Shown here: positions 1-11,245 of the stretch, piece after piece
How positions within the stretch are numbered: position 1 is the first letter of the stretch
Layout: each line of letters starts with the position of its first letter
NCBI GenBank assembly: GCA_037447605.1
Contig: JBBHKD010000010.1
Span: 16,987 to 80,986, forward strand
DNA: 64,000 nt
Source of the DNA: Zygnema circumcarinatum SAG 698-1b
Lineage: Eukaryota; Plantae; Zygnematophyceae
Reading direction: 5' to 3'
Notes under the pieces: model-generated
What the model saw: the letters and a program-made list of their open reading frames with translations, nothing else
Told to the model about the DNA's origin: nothing
The model's database searches: none
Program-made: the position numbers and the translations under genes

Positions 1-427
1 GACTGACAATTTTGAGCCAGGACAGAAATAGATAGAAAGCGAACACATTTGGGGGCAGAGCTTGGGCGTTCACGCCCTTTATTTTTTCTGATAGCAGCCA
101 CAAAGTAGGAGAAAGGTGGAGATGGGGGAAGAGAGAGAGCGAGTGAGAGACAGGGAGAAGAGTGAGGGTGAGGGAGACGAGGTGCGGGAAAAGTAGAGAG
201 AGAGAGTGAGAGGAGGAGAGGGAGAAGGAGAGGGTGAGGAAGAGGAGAAGGATGAGGGTGAGGGGGTAAGGCAGAGAGAGGGCAGAGGGAATGGGTGAGG
301 CAGAGAGAGATAGAGCGAGAGAGAGAGAAATAGAGAGAGACAGGAAGACAGAGGTAAGCGGGGGAGAAGGAAGGGTGGGCCTCTGTAGGTTGACTGAAAT
401 GGAGTTGACCTAAAATCTAAATCCCTT

Positions 428-1461
428 TCAATGTATAACGGCCGGTTGGTTCTTCCGCCTCTTCCTTGAGCTTCTATGTGCCGGCTGTTCCGTAGTCCGT
501 ACAGCCTCCGTCGGCTTCAACGCATACATCCGCACCTGAAATAGGTCTGCGGGAAATTTCCGTTGCAGCTGGAAGAGAAAAAAGACATGGAGAGGGGAGG
601 AGAAGGGAGATTTCTTGTATATGTTATGGAAAAAATATACACTGCCCGACAAAGGAAAATACGAAAGAAGAATGCATACATCTTCTTTTGAATATTCTGT
701 GAGCAAATTCATAGAGAAGAGATGTGAAGTGAAGGACCTTTGTCTTAAGAAGGTGAAGCGAACTTTGCTGAAAGAGGTCCCGGAAATGGGCATCTGAGCG
801 AGTCACACTGCTGTCCTCCTTGTCCACCACAAAGCCTGGAGGGAGGGAGGGAGGGAGGGAGGGAGGGAGAGAGGGAGGGAGGAAGGGAGGGAGAGGAGGG
901 GAAGGAGAGAGGGAGGGGAGAGAGGGGGGTAGAGACCGAGAAAGTGAGGTGGGAGAGAGAGACAGGGGGAGAGAGGACGAGAGAGGGGGTGAGAGGAAGA
1001 GGGCCGGAGAGATGGGGAATGGGGGAGGGGGAGAGTGGGAGAGGGAGAGAGAGAGACTGACTGTAAGAATCCCTCCCTTAAGACTCCTTAGCGATTTCTT
1101 AGCTGTTAGGGTTCTTAGTAAACAAGACGCTCTCACCTGTTTTTGCAATGTTCTCTTTCAGAACGAAGAGACCTCCCGGCTTCAGACCCGCCTGCAACAA
1201 AAAATAAATGCATTCAGTCCGAGCAGCCACCTCACAACATATAATTCAAAGGAAAAAGAAAAGGGTAACTTCTGCACTCTTATCTTTATCTTCCCTTAAA
1301 TGATCTGGGAAAAGATGGGGAAGGGGGAGTCCGTGGGGGAGGGAGAGAGAGAGGTAGAGGGAGAGGAAAGAATGGAAGCTTATATATGGCTTTATGATTA
1401 GAAGGAAAAATCGAAGGAAGAGTGAAGGCGAGCAGGGAGAGAGATCGAACAAGGATGAAAA

Positions 1462-1547
<86 letters not shown>

Positions 1548-3372
1548 AACCTTGGATCGCTGGAAAAACTCAACAAAGTCTCGGTCTGTGAGGTGACCGA
1601 TGCACCACTGCACCCAAATGACATCGTAGCGCTGCTCTTCTGGTGTGAATTTCTGCACTTCTACCCCATTTGTACCCGTCACAAAAGCAACATTATTAAC
1701 ACTTACGGATACACGTCATACCTTTACAAGCCTTGAAGGGAAGCGTCAAATTTGATTGAGACTCATGCACTGCACAAAGACTGGAAATCCTCAACATATG
1801 GATAAAAATATTCATAATTACCGACCGGAAAGCAATCATTACTAATACTTAAGGAGCAGGTAGGAACTCACCGTACCTCTAAGGGCTGACAGAAGAAATT
1901 CGAGGCATGATTTTTTTGGTTTCCGACAGATATTCCTTGAAGACTTGATTTCGCTGCATCAATAAAATGTTGCAAGGGCTCAACAAGGTCAACCTGCAAA
2001 AGAAGTACGAAAAGGTTGATGATGTGATGTGGATCGGATGATTGGATTAACTGACTTATAATAGCACACGAAATGGAATCTTCCATGCATCATTGGAAAA
2101 AAAAGGTTGAACAAAATACTGACGAGAAAAAAAAGATCATCAAGAAAAAGGTATAGGGGCCTACCTCTTGGAAATTATTCAAAAGTAGTTCCTTCGTGAC
2201 TCGCCCTATTCCAGCACCACAATCTGAAAGAGCAGCAAATATAGTATTTCTATGAAAATAGAAATACTTTCTGCACAGGCGAGTATGATGCCTCGCTTTG
2301 CCAACTCTTCTCAATCACTCTCTCACTTTCCCTCCCTCTCTTCTCCTTTTTCCTCTCACCTCTCCCACTTTCCCCTAAGCTCAAACCCGCCATTGCCCCC
2401 GTCTCCCCTCTGCTCTACTTCCCTTCCCTTCCCTTCCCTTCCCGTCCCTTCCCTTCCCTTCCCTTCCCTTCCCTTCCCTTCCCTTCCCTTCCCTTCCCTT
2501 CCCTTCCCTACCCTCCCTTCCACTCCTTTCCCTCTCCCGTCTTCTTTTCCCCTCCCTCCCTCCCTCCCTTCCCCCTCTCTCCCTTCCTCCTGCCACCCGC
2601 ACTCTCCCTCCCTCTCGCTTCCCCTTCCTCCTTCCCCTCTCGAGAGTTTTCCCAAAACATAAACCTACCAAGTTTTCAACAATCTTTCATTCTCCACATT
2701 TTTTGACAAAAAATTCGATGAGATAAGATTTCCGAAATCTTAACCACTACAGTAATCTTACCGACTTTCTCACCTAAAGCGACCAACTTCATCTCCCCCA
2801 TTGCCGCCTTCGACAACTGCTCTCGAAATATCTCCTTCAAAAAAGCGTCGCTTTCTGCGACATCCATTGCGCTCACATCGGCGAAGCCTCCGAGGACTCC
2901 GTTCACAGACGGCTCCACTCCCTGTTCGCACAAAGAGAAGAGTTAGGGTTCAGGATTAGGGTTTGAAGCGTTCAAGCTTAAGGTCTTTTAGGATTTAACT
3001 CTAAAAAGGATTTTAGAGTTTAAGCAGATTAGGGTTGAAAATTTTAGATGTTTAGGTTTAACATCACCGAGAACTTAGAACTTCAGGTGTTCAGGCTTGA
3101 CTTTATCGAACATTGAGGGTTGAAATACTTTAAGTATGGGGGATAATAGGGTTCAGAATCTGCCAGATTTCAGCATTTTAGGGTTCAGAAATGGCGATGG
3201 GTTAGGGGGTTACCTCTCACTACTTGATGCCTTTCTCATACCACTCCCTCTTCTTCCCTCCTGTCTCTCCCTCTCTCTCCCTCTCCCGCTTCTGCTCTCC
3301 ACATCTCCTTCCGACTCGCGTATTTGTTTCGGAGAGAGTCTCATCCGCTTGCATCTGTCGGGTATTCGCCAT
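428..3372 (-). pseudogene. NTM1: Alpha-N-terminal protein methyltransferase 1-like gene, copy 1 (8 exons; exon 1 disrupted)
   Basis: GT-AG exons at 3214-~3372, 2774-2921, 2165-2223, 1877-1993, 1551-1652, 1137-1191, 738-835 and 428-568. They give GVEPSVNGVLGGF, ALDCGAGIGRVTKELL, VDLVEP, YDVIWVQWCIGHLTD, LKPGGLFVLKEN, DKEDSSVTRSD and FQVRMYAL, which are NTM1/Tae1 family motifs. Exon 1 has stops at 3341-3343, 3220-3222 and 3217-3219 plus a frameshift in a GA run. Confidence 0.88.
1468..1543. repeat. (GA)n microsatellite in NTM1 intron; much shorter in copy 2 (~5202-5233)
   Basis: Perfect GA run visible. Other introns carry (GGGA)n (~840-900) and (CCCTT)n (~2420-2510) tracts. Confidence 0.95.
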
Positions 3373-4163
3373 CACTCAAAAATTTAATAATCTCCCTCGA
3401 GGAAGCTAAAGATGGGCGGACTTCAACGAGGGAGGCACATGTGATGAGGACCGCGTCCTTTCAGTCGAACAACAGAATTAGGTTAAACCGACACTTTAGG
3501 GTTAAGGGCTTCTAAGGAGAGGGCTGCATGTGCTTGGGCCCCTCCGGAGACGCTGAAGGATATGGATTAGGGTTAGGGTTCAGGAGGACATGGCGCTCTC
3601 AGAAACGGGAGAGGACTCAGACAACACTCATGAAATAAATTGAATGCTTCATTGAAAGTGAAATAGAAAGTGAAACTGAAACTAAAACTGCAATTAAAAC
3701 TGAAACTGAAACAGGAATAGAAGTGAAACTGAATCTGACTGACAATTTTGAGCCAGGACAGAAATAGATAGAAAGCGAACACATTTGGGGGCAGAGCTTG
3801 GGCGTTCACGCCCTTTATTTTTTCTGATAGCAGCCACAAAGTAGGAGAAAGGTGGAGATGGGGGAAGAGAGAGAGCGAGTGAGAGACAGGGAGAAGAGTG
3901 AGGGTGAGGGAGACGAGGTGCGGGAAAAGTAGAGAGAGAGAGTGAGAGGAGGAGAGGGAGAAGGAGAGGGTGAGGAAGAGGAGAAGGATGAGGGTGAGGG
4001 GGTAAGGCAGAGAGAGGGCAGAGGGAATGGGTGAGGCAGAGAGAGATAGAGCGAGAGAGAGAGAAATAGAGAGAGACAGGAAGACAGAGGTAAGCGGGGG
4101 AGAAGGAAGGGTGGGCCTCTGTAGGTTGACTGAAATGGAGTTGACCTAAAATCTAAATCCCTT

Positions 4164-5195
4164 TCAATGTATAACGGCCGGTTGGTTCTTCCGCCTCTTC
4201 CTTGAGCTTCTATGTGCCGGCTGTTCCGTAGTCCGTACAGCCTCCGTCGGCTTCAACGCATACATCCGCACCTGAAATAGGTCTGCGGGAAATTTCCGTT
4301 GCAGCTGGAAGAGAAAAAAGACATGGAGAGGGGAGGAGAAGGGAGATTTCTTGTATATGTTATGGAAAAAATATACACTGCCCGACAAAGGAAAATACGA
4401 AAGAAGAATGCATACATCTTCTTTTGAATATTCTGTGAGCAAATTCATAGAGAAGAGATGTGAAGTGAAGGACCTTTGTCTTAAGAAGGTGAAGCGAACT
4501 TTGCTGAAAGAGGTCCCGGAAATGGGCATCTGAGCGAGTCACACTGCTGTCCTCCTTGTCTACCACAAAGCCTGGAGGGAGGGAGGGAGGGAGGGAGGGA
4601 GGGAGAGAGGGAGGGAGGAAGGGAGGGAGGAGGGGAAGGAGAGAGGGAGGGGAGAGAGGGGGGTAGAGACCGAGAAAGTGAGGTGGGAGAGAGAGACAGG
4701 GGGAGAGAGGACGAGAGAGGGGGTCAGAGGAAGAGGGCCGGAGAGATGGGGAATGGGGGAGGGGGAGAGTGGGAGAGGGAGAGAGAGAGACTGACTAAAA
4801 GAATCCCTCCCTTAAGACTCCTTAGCGATTTCTTAGCTGTTAGGGTTCTTAGTAAACAAGACGCTCTCACCTGTTTTTGCAATGTTCTCTTTCAGAACGA
4901 AGAGACCTCCCGGCTTCAGACCCGCCTGCAACAAAAAATAAATGCATTCAGTCCGAGCAGCCACCTCACAACATATAATTCAAAGGAAAAAGAAAAGGGT
5001 AACTTCTGCACTCTTATCTTTATCTTCCCTTAAATGATCTGGGAAAAGATGGGGAAGGGGGAGTCCGTGGGGGAGGGAGAGAGAGAGGTAGAGGGAGAGG
5101 AAAGAATGGAAGCTTATATATGGCTTTATGATTAGAAGGAAAAATCGAAGGAAGAGTGAAGGCGAGCAGGGAGAGAGATCGAACAAGGATGAAAA

Positions 5196-5237
<42 letters not shown>

Positions 5238-7067
5238 CCTTGGATCGCTGGAAAAACTCAACAAAGTCTCGGTCTGTGAGGTGACCGATGCACCACTGCA
5301 CCCAAATGACATCGTAGCGCTGCTCTTCTGGTGTGAATTTCTGCACTTCTACCCCATTTGTACCCGTCACAAAAGCAACATTATTAACACTTACGGATAC
5401 ACGTCATACCTTTATAAGCCTTGAAGGGAAGCGTCAAATTTGATTGAGACTCATGCACTGCACAAAGACTGGAAATCCTCAACATGAGGATACAAATATT
5501 CATAATTACCGTCCGGAAAACAATCATTACTAATATTTATGGAGCAGGTAGGAACTCACCCTACCTCTAAGGGCTGACAGAAGAAATTCGAGGCATGATT
5601 TTTTGGTTTCCGACAGATATTCCTTGAAGACTTGATTTCGCTGCATCAATAAAATGTTGCAAGGGCTCAACAAGGTCAACCTGCAAAAGAAGTACGAAAA
5701 GGTTGATGATGTGATGTGGATCGGATGATTGGATTAACTGACTTATAATAGCACACGAAATGGAATCTTCCATGCATCATTGGAAAAAAAAGGTTGAACA
5801 AAAAACTGACGAGTAGAAAAAGATCATCAAGAAAAAGGTATAGGGGCCTACCTCTTGGAAATTATTCAAAAGTAGTTCCTTCGTGACTCGCCCTATTCCA
5901 GCACCACAATCTGAAAGAGCAGCAAATAAAGTATTTCTATGAAAATAGAAATACTTTCTGCACAGGCGAGTATGATGCCTCGCTTTGCCAACTCTTCTCA
6001 ATCACTCTCTCACTTTCCCTCCCTCTCTTCTCCTTTTTCCTCTCACCTCTCCCACTTTCCCCTAAGCTCAAACCCGCCATTGCCCCCGTCTCCCCTCTGC
6101 TCTACTTCCCTCTCCTTCCCTTCCCTTCCCTTCCCTTCCCTTCCCTTCCCTTCCCTTCCCTTCCCTTCCCTTCCCTGCCCTTCCCTTCCCTTCCCTACCC
6201 TCCCTTCCACTCCTTTCCCTCTCCCGTCTTCTTTACCCCTCCCTCCCTCCCTCCCTCCCTCCCTTCCCCCTCTCTCCCTTCCTCCTACCACCCGCACTCT
6301 CCCTCCCTCTCGCTTCCCCTTCCTCCTTCCCCTCTCGAGAGTTTTCCCAAAACATAAACCTACCAAGTTTTCAACAATCTTTCATTCTCCACAATTTTTG
6401 ACAAAAAATTCGATGAGATAAGATTTCCGAAATCTTAACCACTACAGTAATCTTACCGACTTTCTCACCTAAAGCGACCAACTTCATCTCCCCCATTGCC
6501 GCCTTCGACAACTGCTCTCGAAATATCTCCTTCAAAAAAGCGTCGCTTTCTGCGACATCCATTGCGCTCACATCGGCGAAGCCTCCGAGGACTCCGTTCA
6601 CAGACGGCTCCACTCCCTGTTCGCACAAAGAGAAGAGTTAGGGTTCAGGATTAGGGTTTGAAGCGTTCAAGCTTAAGGTCTTTTAGGATTTAACTCTAAA
6701 AAGGATTTTAGAGTTTAAGCAGATTAGGGTTGAAAATTTTAGATGTTTAGGTTTAACATCACCGAGAACTTAGAACTTCAGGTGTTCAGGCTTGACTTTA
6801 TCGAACATTGAGGGTTGAAATACTTTAAGTATGGGGGATAATAGGGTTCAGAATCTGCCAGATTTCAGCATTTTAGGGTTCAGAAATGGCGATGGGTTAG
6901 GGGGTTACCTCTCACTACTTGATGCCTTTCTCATACCACTCCCTCTTCTTCCCTCCTGTCTCTCCCTCTCTCTCCCTCTCCCGCTTCTGCTCTCCACATC
7001 TCCTTCCGACTCGCGTATTTGTTTCGGAGAGAGTCTCATCCGCTTGCATCTGTCGGGTATTCGCCAT
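4164..7067 (-). pseudogene. NTM1: Alpha-N-terminal protein methyltransferase 1-like gene, copy 2
   Basis: Same exon structure and the same exon-1 stops (7036-7038, 6912-6917). There is also a 1-bp shorter T run near 5600 that frameshifts exon 4 (GNQKIMPR vs GNQKNHAS). Confidence 0.88.
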
Positions 7068-7645
7068 CACTCAAAAATTTAATAATCTCCCTCGAGGAAG
7101 CTAAAGATGGGCGGACTTCAACGAGGGAGGCACATGTGATGAGGACCGCGTCCTTTCAGTCGAACAACAGAATTAGGTTAAACCGACACTTTAGGGTTAA
7201 GGGCTTCTAAGGAGAGGGCTGCATGTGCTTGGGCCCCTCCGGAGACGCTGAAGGATATGGATTAGGGTTAGGGTTCAGGAGGACATGGCGCTCTCAGAAA
7301 CGGGAAAGGACTCAGACAACACTCATGAAATAAATTGAATGTTTCATTGAAAGTGCAAGAGGAAGTGAAACTGAACTGAATCAGGACTGGAAGTGGAACT
7401 GAATCTGACTGACAATTTTGAGCGTGGACGGAAAGTGATAGAAAGCGAATGCAATTACCCACATTTTTTTATATATTTTTCCAGAGCAGTCGACCATTTG
7501 GTAGGGTCTCTTTGTAAAGTAAACACCGCGCTCGACAACCTTGATAAAGTCACGAGCCTCGAAGCTCTGACCTTACCTCACCTCCTCCCACTACGACTAA
7601 GTCTTGGCCTGGCTAGCGGGCAAAGCCCAACATTCAGTTAGATTA

Positions 7646-7882
7646 GGGGGTGTCAGACTTAACAAAATCTTACGAAAAGCGTTACGAAAAAAAAGGTTAC
7701 GAAAGTACTCCGCCGCAGGAGGATCGCGAGTGTCAGACTTAAAAAATTTCAGTACGCGTGTTCGTAAGTTTGACATCAGAACGAGTACTCCAGTATAATC
7801 GCGATCCTCTTGCGGCGGAGTACTTTCGTAACCTTTTTTTTCGTAACGCTTTTCGTAAGATTTTGTTAAGTCTGACACCCCC
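7646..7882. mobile_element. MITE, fold-back composite (inverted half copy fused to a near-complete copy)
   Basis: Begins GGGGGTGTCAGACTTAAC and ends GTTAAGTCTGACACCCCC. The arms (~85 bp) are near-perfect inverted repeats, with TA on both sides. Confidence 0.8.
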
Positions 7883-7885
7883 TAA

Positions 7886-8007
7886 TCTTAAAAATTGTTC
7901 GTAAGTTTGAGACCAGAACGACTACTTCGGTGACATCGCAATCCTGGTGCGGCGGAGTACTTACAAAACTTTTTTGTTCGTAAGATTTCGTTAAGTCTGA
8001 CACCCCC
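7886..8007. mobile_element. Diverged, left-truncated MITE copy of the same family
   Basis: Aligns to 8014-8170 and ends GTTAAGTCTGACACCCCC followed by TA. Confidence 0.7.
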
Positions 8008-8013
8008 TATTTA

Positions 8014-8170
8014 GGGGGTGTCAGACTTAAAAAATTTCAGTACGCTTGTTCGTAAGTTTGACATCAGAACGAGTACTCCAGTATGATCGCGATCCTTCTG
8101 CGGCGGAGTACTTTCGTAACCTTTTTTTTCGTAACGCTTTTCGTAAGATTTTGTTAAGTCTGACACCCCC
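8014..8170. mobile_element. 157-bp MITE with 17-bp TIR GGGGGTGTCAGACTTAA, TA-flanked
   Basis: Perfect terminal inverted repeats, TA on both sides, no ORF. Confidence 0.85.
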
Positions 8171-9107
8171 TATTATAAATAAAGGGGGCGACTATTTACA
8201 GTGTACGGATTCTGAATGTAGTGTACGATTCGCCGGGCAGCAAAAAATCCTTTTTTTGGTTGCCCAACGCTGTTTCATACTTTTTAGAATAGATACAGAC
8301 CTTTTTTTAGGTAGGATGTCGCGGATAGTGATTTGAAATGTACCTAGCGTCTACAAGGTATAAGGCATAACCGCGTGGAGCAACATGATTGGTCGCGGCA
8401 ACATATGGCGTGGCAAGTATGTTTGGGACCGTGACTGACAAACGAGCACGACAAAAGTGGAGGCCGCGGGCGCGTCGAAATGGCGATAAAAACTGACAGA
8501 TTTTTCTCAAAAATAGCTCCATCTGTGCCCTGTCTTTCTCTGTCAGTTTTAATTCCGGCCATCGGATTCCATGCGCGGCTCCATTGTCGTCTCATTTGTC
8601 ACAGCGCTGCTGCCAGTAGTCGGTCTTATGGCCCCTATGCTGTAGCACGCGCACCTGAGTCAGTCTCGTACATCCGCAAACTCTGTATCTATTCTGAGAA
8701 AGTCGCGTGGGCAAGGGTTTTTCTGCCAAGCGATCATATACATTGGGCACTCCTGATGGTCACCTGTGACAGTAAAATTCCTTGTGACTTTATCAAGGTA
8801 TGCCCCTACAGGGACTTCACATTCAGCGACGATAAAAACCCTCACTCTTTCTTTAAGCCTGCCCTAAAACACAATCTGAATACACCACCTCCAAAAGGGC
8901 TTATCGATCAACGCCGGAGTGGACTCCGCCTTCAAGTGGCCTTGACCCGCCGCCACTCCATCACTCTTTCCACGTGTTTTGTCACGCCTCGTTCGTCCAA
9001 AAAGCACACTCCCTCGTTAAACTGAGCGTCCTTGATCCCCTGTCACCACTGTTAGTCTCCGAAACATATTTGCAGCCTCAGCATGGGATTGGTTGGCCGC
9101 TTTTGCT

Positions 9108-9263
9108 TTAACACCATGCAAATTCCTGCATCCTATACAATTGAACGGCCTTTTCTATGTCTTTGGGGACTCCTTCTCCCTTCCTGTAGCAGTCACCTAA
9201 CTTGTCATGCGCGTGATAACTGCCATTCTCTACAGCGCGCCTATTAAACTGAACGGCCTGTTC
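9108..9263 (-). pseudogene. Sel1-repeat protein gene, 3' part (downstream of the LTR insertion)
   Basis: Minus strand reads EQAVQFNRRAVENGSYHAHDKLGDCYRKGEGVPKDIEKAVQLYR. It joins in frame to 17256+ once the insert and one TSD copy are removed. Confidence 0.85.
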
Positions 9264-10051
9264 TGTTGGTGCAAGGGGCAGCAAGAAAGGAAAGACTCAA
9301 GGAAGGGCAAACACATGCCTGGGTATCAGAGCTCAAAACTTTTCTTCTACTTCTCCTTGGGCCACATACCGCTTCCGCCACGATATGCCTTCTCGTCCAC
9401 CTCTTGCCAGGTGCGCACAGCGGAAAGCTAAACACACCACCTACAAGAACTTTTCTTCAACTCCTACATGGTCTCGGCTCCTCAACTCCACGCTCCTCCA
9501 ATGATCTCCTCGTGTGGAGCAACACACCGCCCATACAATGGTCGCCTCCACTCATCCACCACGTCAATCCAACACGAGGACTCACATGACAAATGATACA
9601 GTAGTAAGGAGAAAGCCCACGGCCCCAAAACTCCTTAAACTTCATGAGTGTAGTACATGTTAGTGTACATAGTTAGTTCAGATTAGCATGTTTGTGTTGG
9701 CGCTTAGTTCCTAGGGGTGTGCTTCTAGGTGTGACATGTATGGGGACGGACTTACTTCAGCGTGCGCGCGGCGGCGAGACCGACCGCGCAACCGTACGGA
9801 TAGTATGGACCGTACGGACCGTACGGTCGGTACGGACAGTACGACCGGGAGTCCGACATTTGGTACCGCGCCGAGGAATCGGTCCTGGCGTACGGAATCG
9901 TGGACTGATGCGGCAGCAAAAGGCGGCGAAGTTGGTGGAGTCGGCGGAGCCTATTTTGCGTACGGAAGATAGTCCTTGTGGGTGACGGCGGGAAGTTCAG
10001 CTCGGCAGTAGAGTACATGGCCATCTGGGTTAGAGCGGTGGTGTTGGTACG

Positions 10052-10435
10052 TGTTAGTGTTAGTGTATGATAGTTAGACATTGTATGGCACACACTAACT
10101 TGTTGTGGTACTCAGTTTGTAGAACCTGAGATCTGCTAGGCGTAGTGCTCTTAGATCTAGTAATGTCGGTGCTCTGACTTTGGTGAGTGCGCCGCGAGTG
10201 CGCGGAGTACGAACGAGCGGCGCTGATTGGTCGCGGCNNNNNNNNNNTCCTAACACTCTCTCATTGTGATTTCCGCTGTGCTTGTCTTGTAGCTTCATTC
10301 TGTTGTTATGGGCGATGAGTGAAGTAAGATAGAGCTTTGAGTGTTTGAATGTCTTCATCCGTGGGAACTCAAGTTCCAATGGAGGGCGACACCCGAGGTG
10401 GCGCCGGAAGTGGGGAGCAGACCCCTGCTTCAACA
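10052..10435 (+). mobile_element. Copia family C LTR (solo or gap-collapsed) inside the copia A 5' LTR
   Basis: Starts TGTTAGTGTTAGTG, ends CTTCAACA, with TSD GTACG (10047-10051 / 10436-10440). Matches C LTRs at 48463 and 53168. Confidence 0.9.
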
Positions 10436-10855
10436 GTACGTTGCCAGGCTGGGTGTACTATGCATAGCAAGACACGAAGTAGTTTATTTAGGTTGTTTGA
10501 ATAAGGTTGTTGCATGCATGGTCCCGGCGCGTGTGACGTGACATGGTCACGTCACAGCCCCATACTATATAGTGAGAGTGGGTGTGTAAGTTAGCAACCT
10601 TCTTGATATGCATTGCAAGGCTATGGCAGTTTGAAGGCATGGCTTTGGCAACAGGAGGTGGACCTTTGTGAGGAGTCTCCGTGTGTGGAGAGCTGCCTCA
10701 CGTGAAGGTGAAGTGATCATGTGGTGAAAGCTTGACTAGGCTTATGGGGGCTTGAGTTGGAAAGCTTGTCATCATAAAGGAGTTTTAGGCTGGGAGCTTT
10801 CTCCTACGTTTTTCTATTCCGCCTCTCGTGTGTTGTGTATGCACGTGAGTGAAAA

Positions 10856-11235
10856 ATGAGTGAGAGTGCTGCGGGCACCAGGAGGGAAGTTTCCATGGAC
10901 AGTGAAGAGGGAGAAAGGGTGGAAGGTGAATTTGCTTCTCATCCCTCTGCCCCTCTCACAAGTGGTATCAGAGCTCATGGTGAAGAGGAAACCGGGGCTA
11001 GTGTGAAGTTTAATGTCCCTGCATTTGATGGGACAGACTACAAGGGATGGAAGTGGCGGCTGACTCCCATACTTGAAGGGAAGGGACTTCTTGGTCATGT
11101 GACTGGGAAGGTGAAGGCGCCGCCGGCTACATCCGTGGAGGAGCTTGCAAAGTGGAAGGCCCGTGACAACAAGGCCATCACTCAGATTGCAATGAGTGTG
11201 AAGGGGACGCCTTCACACATGCTCTACGACCTCAG
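10856..11235 (+). CDS. gag: Copia A gag N-terminus (truncated by gap)
   Basis: FNVPAFDGTDYKGWKWRL...LLGHVTG...WKARDNKA, a copia gag (UBN2-type) signature. Confidence 0.8.
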
Positions 11236-11245
11236 NNNNNNNNNN

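Larger units (their letters stand above)
1..7406. repeat. Tandem segmental duplication, two ~3.7-kb units (1-3736 and 3737-~7406)
   Basis: Position 1 GACTGACAATTTTGAGCCAGG recurs at 3737. ORFs repeat with a 3736-bp offset (428/4164). Units differ by SNPs and microsatellite lengths. Confidence 0.95.

Noticed and set aside
820-2671. ORFs rich in ERER, SLSL, GREGK or PSLPF
   Set aside because: These are translations of intronic microsatellites.
3217-3222. Stop-codon reassignment (TAG=Tyr, TGA=Trp) suggested by YW becoming TAG TGA
   Set aside because: The same exon has another stop and a frameshift, the gene itself ends in TGA, and long retroelement ORFs use standard Tyr/Trp codons.
2940-3580. 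True telomere or interstitial telomeric array
   Set aside because: Motifs are dispersed and degenerate, not a tandem array.
7646-8170. CRISPR-like repeat array
   Set aside because: Repeats are inverted termini with homologous interiors, there are no unique spacers or cas genes, and the context is eukaryotic.
8480-9025. 181-aa ORF as a host gene
   Set aside because: No recognisable motif and no supporting exon structure.
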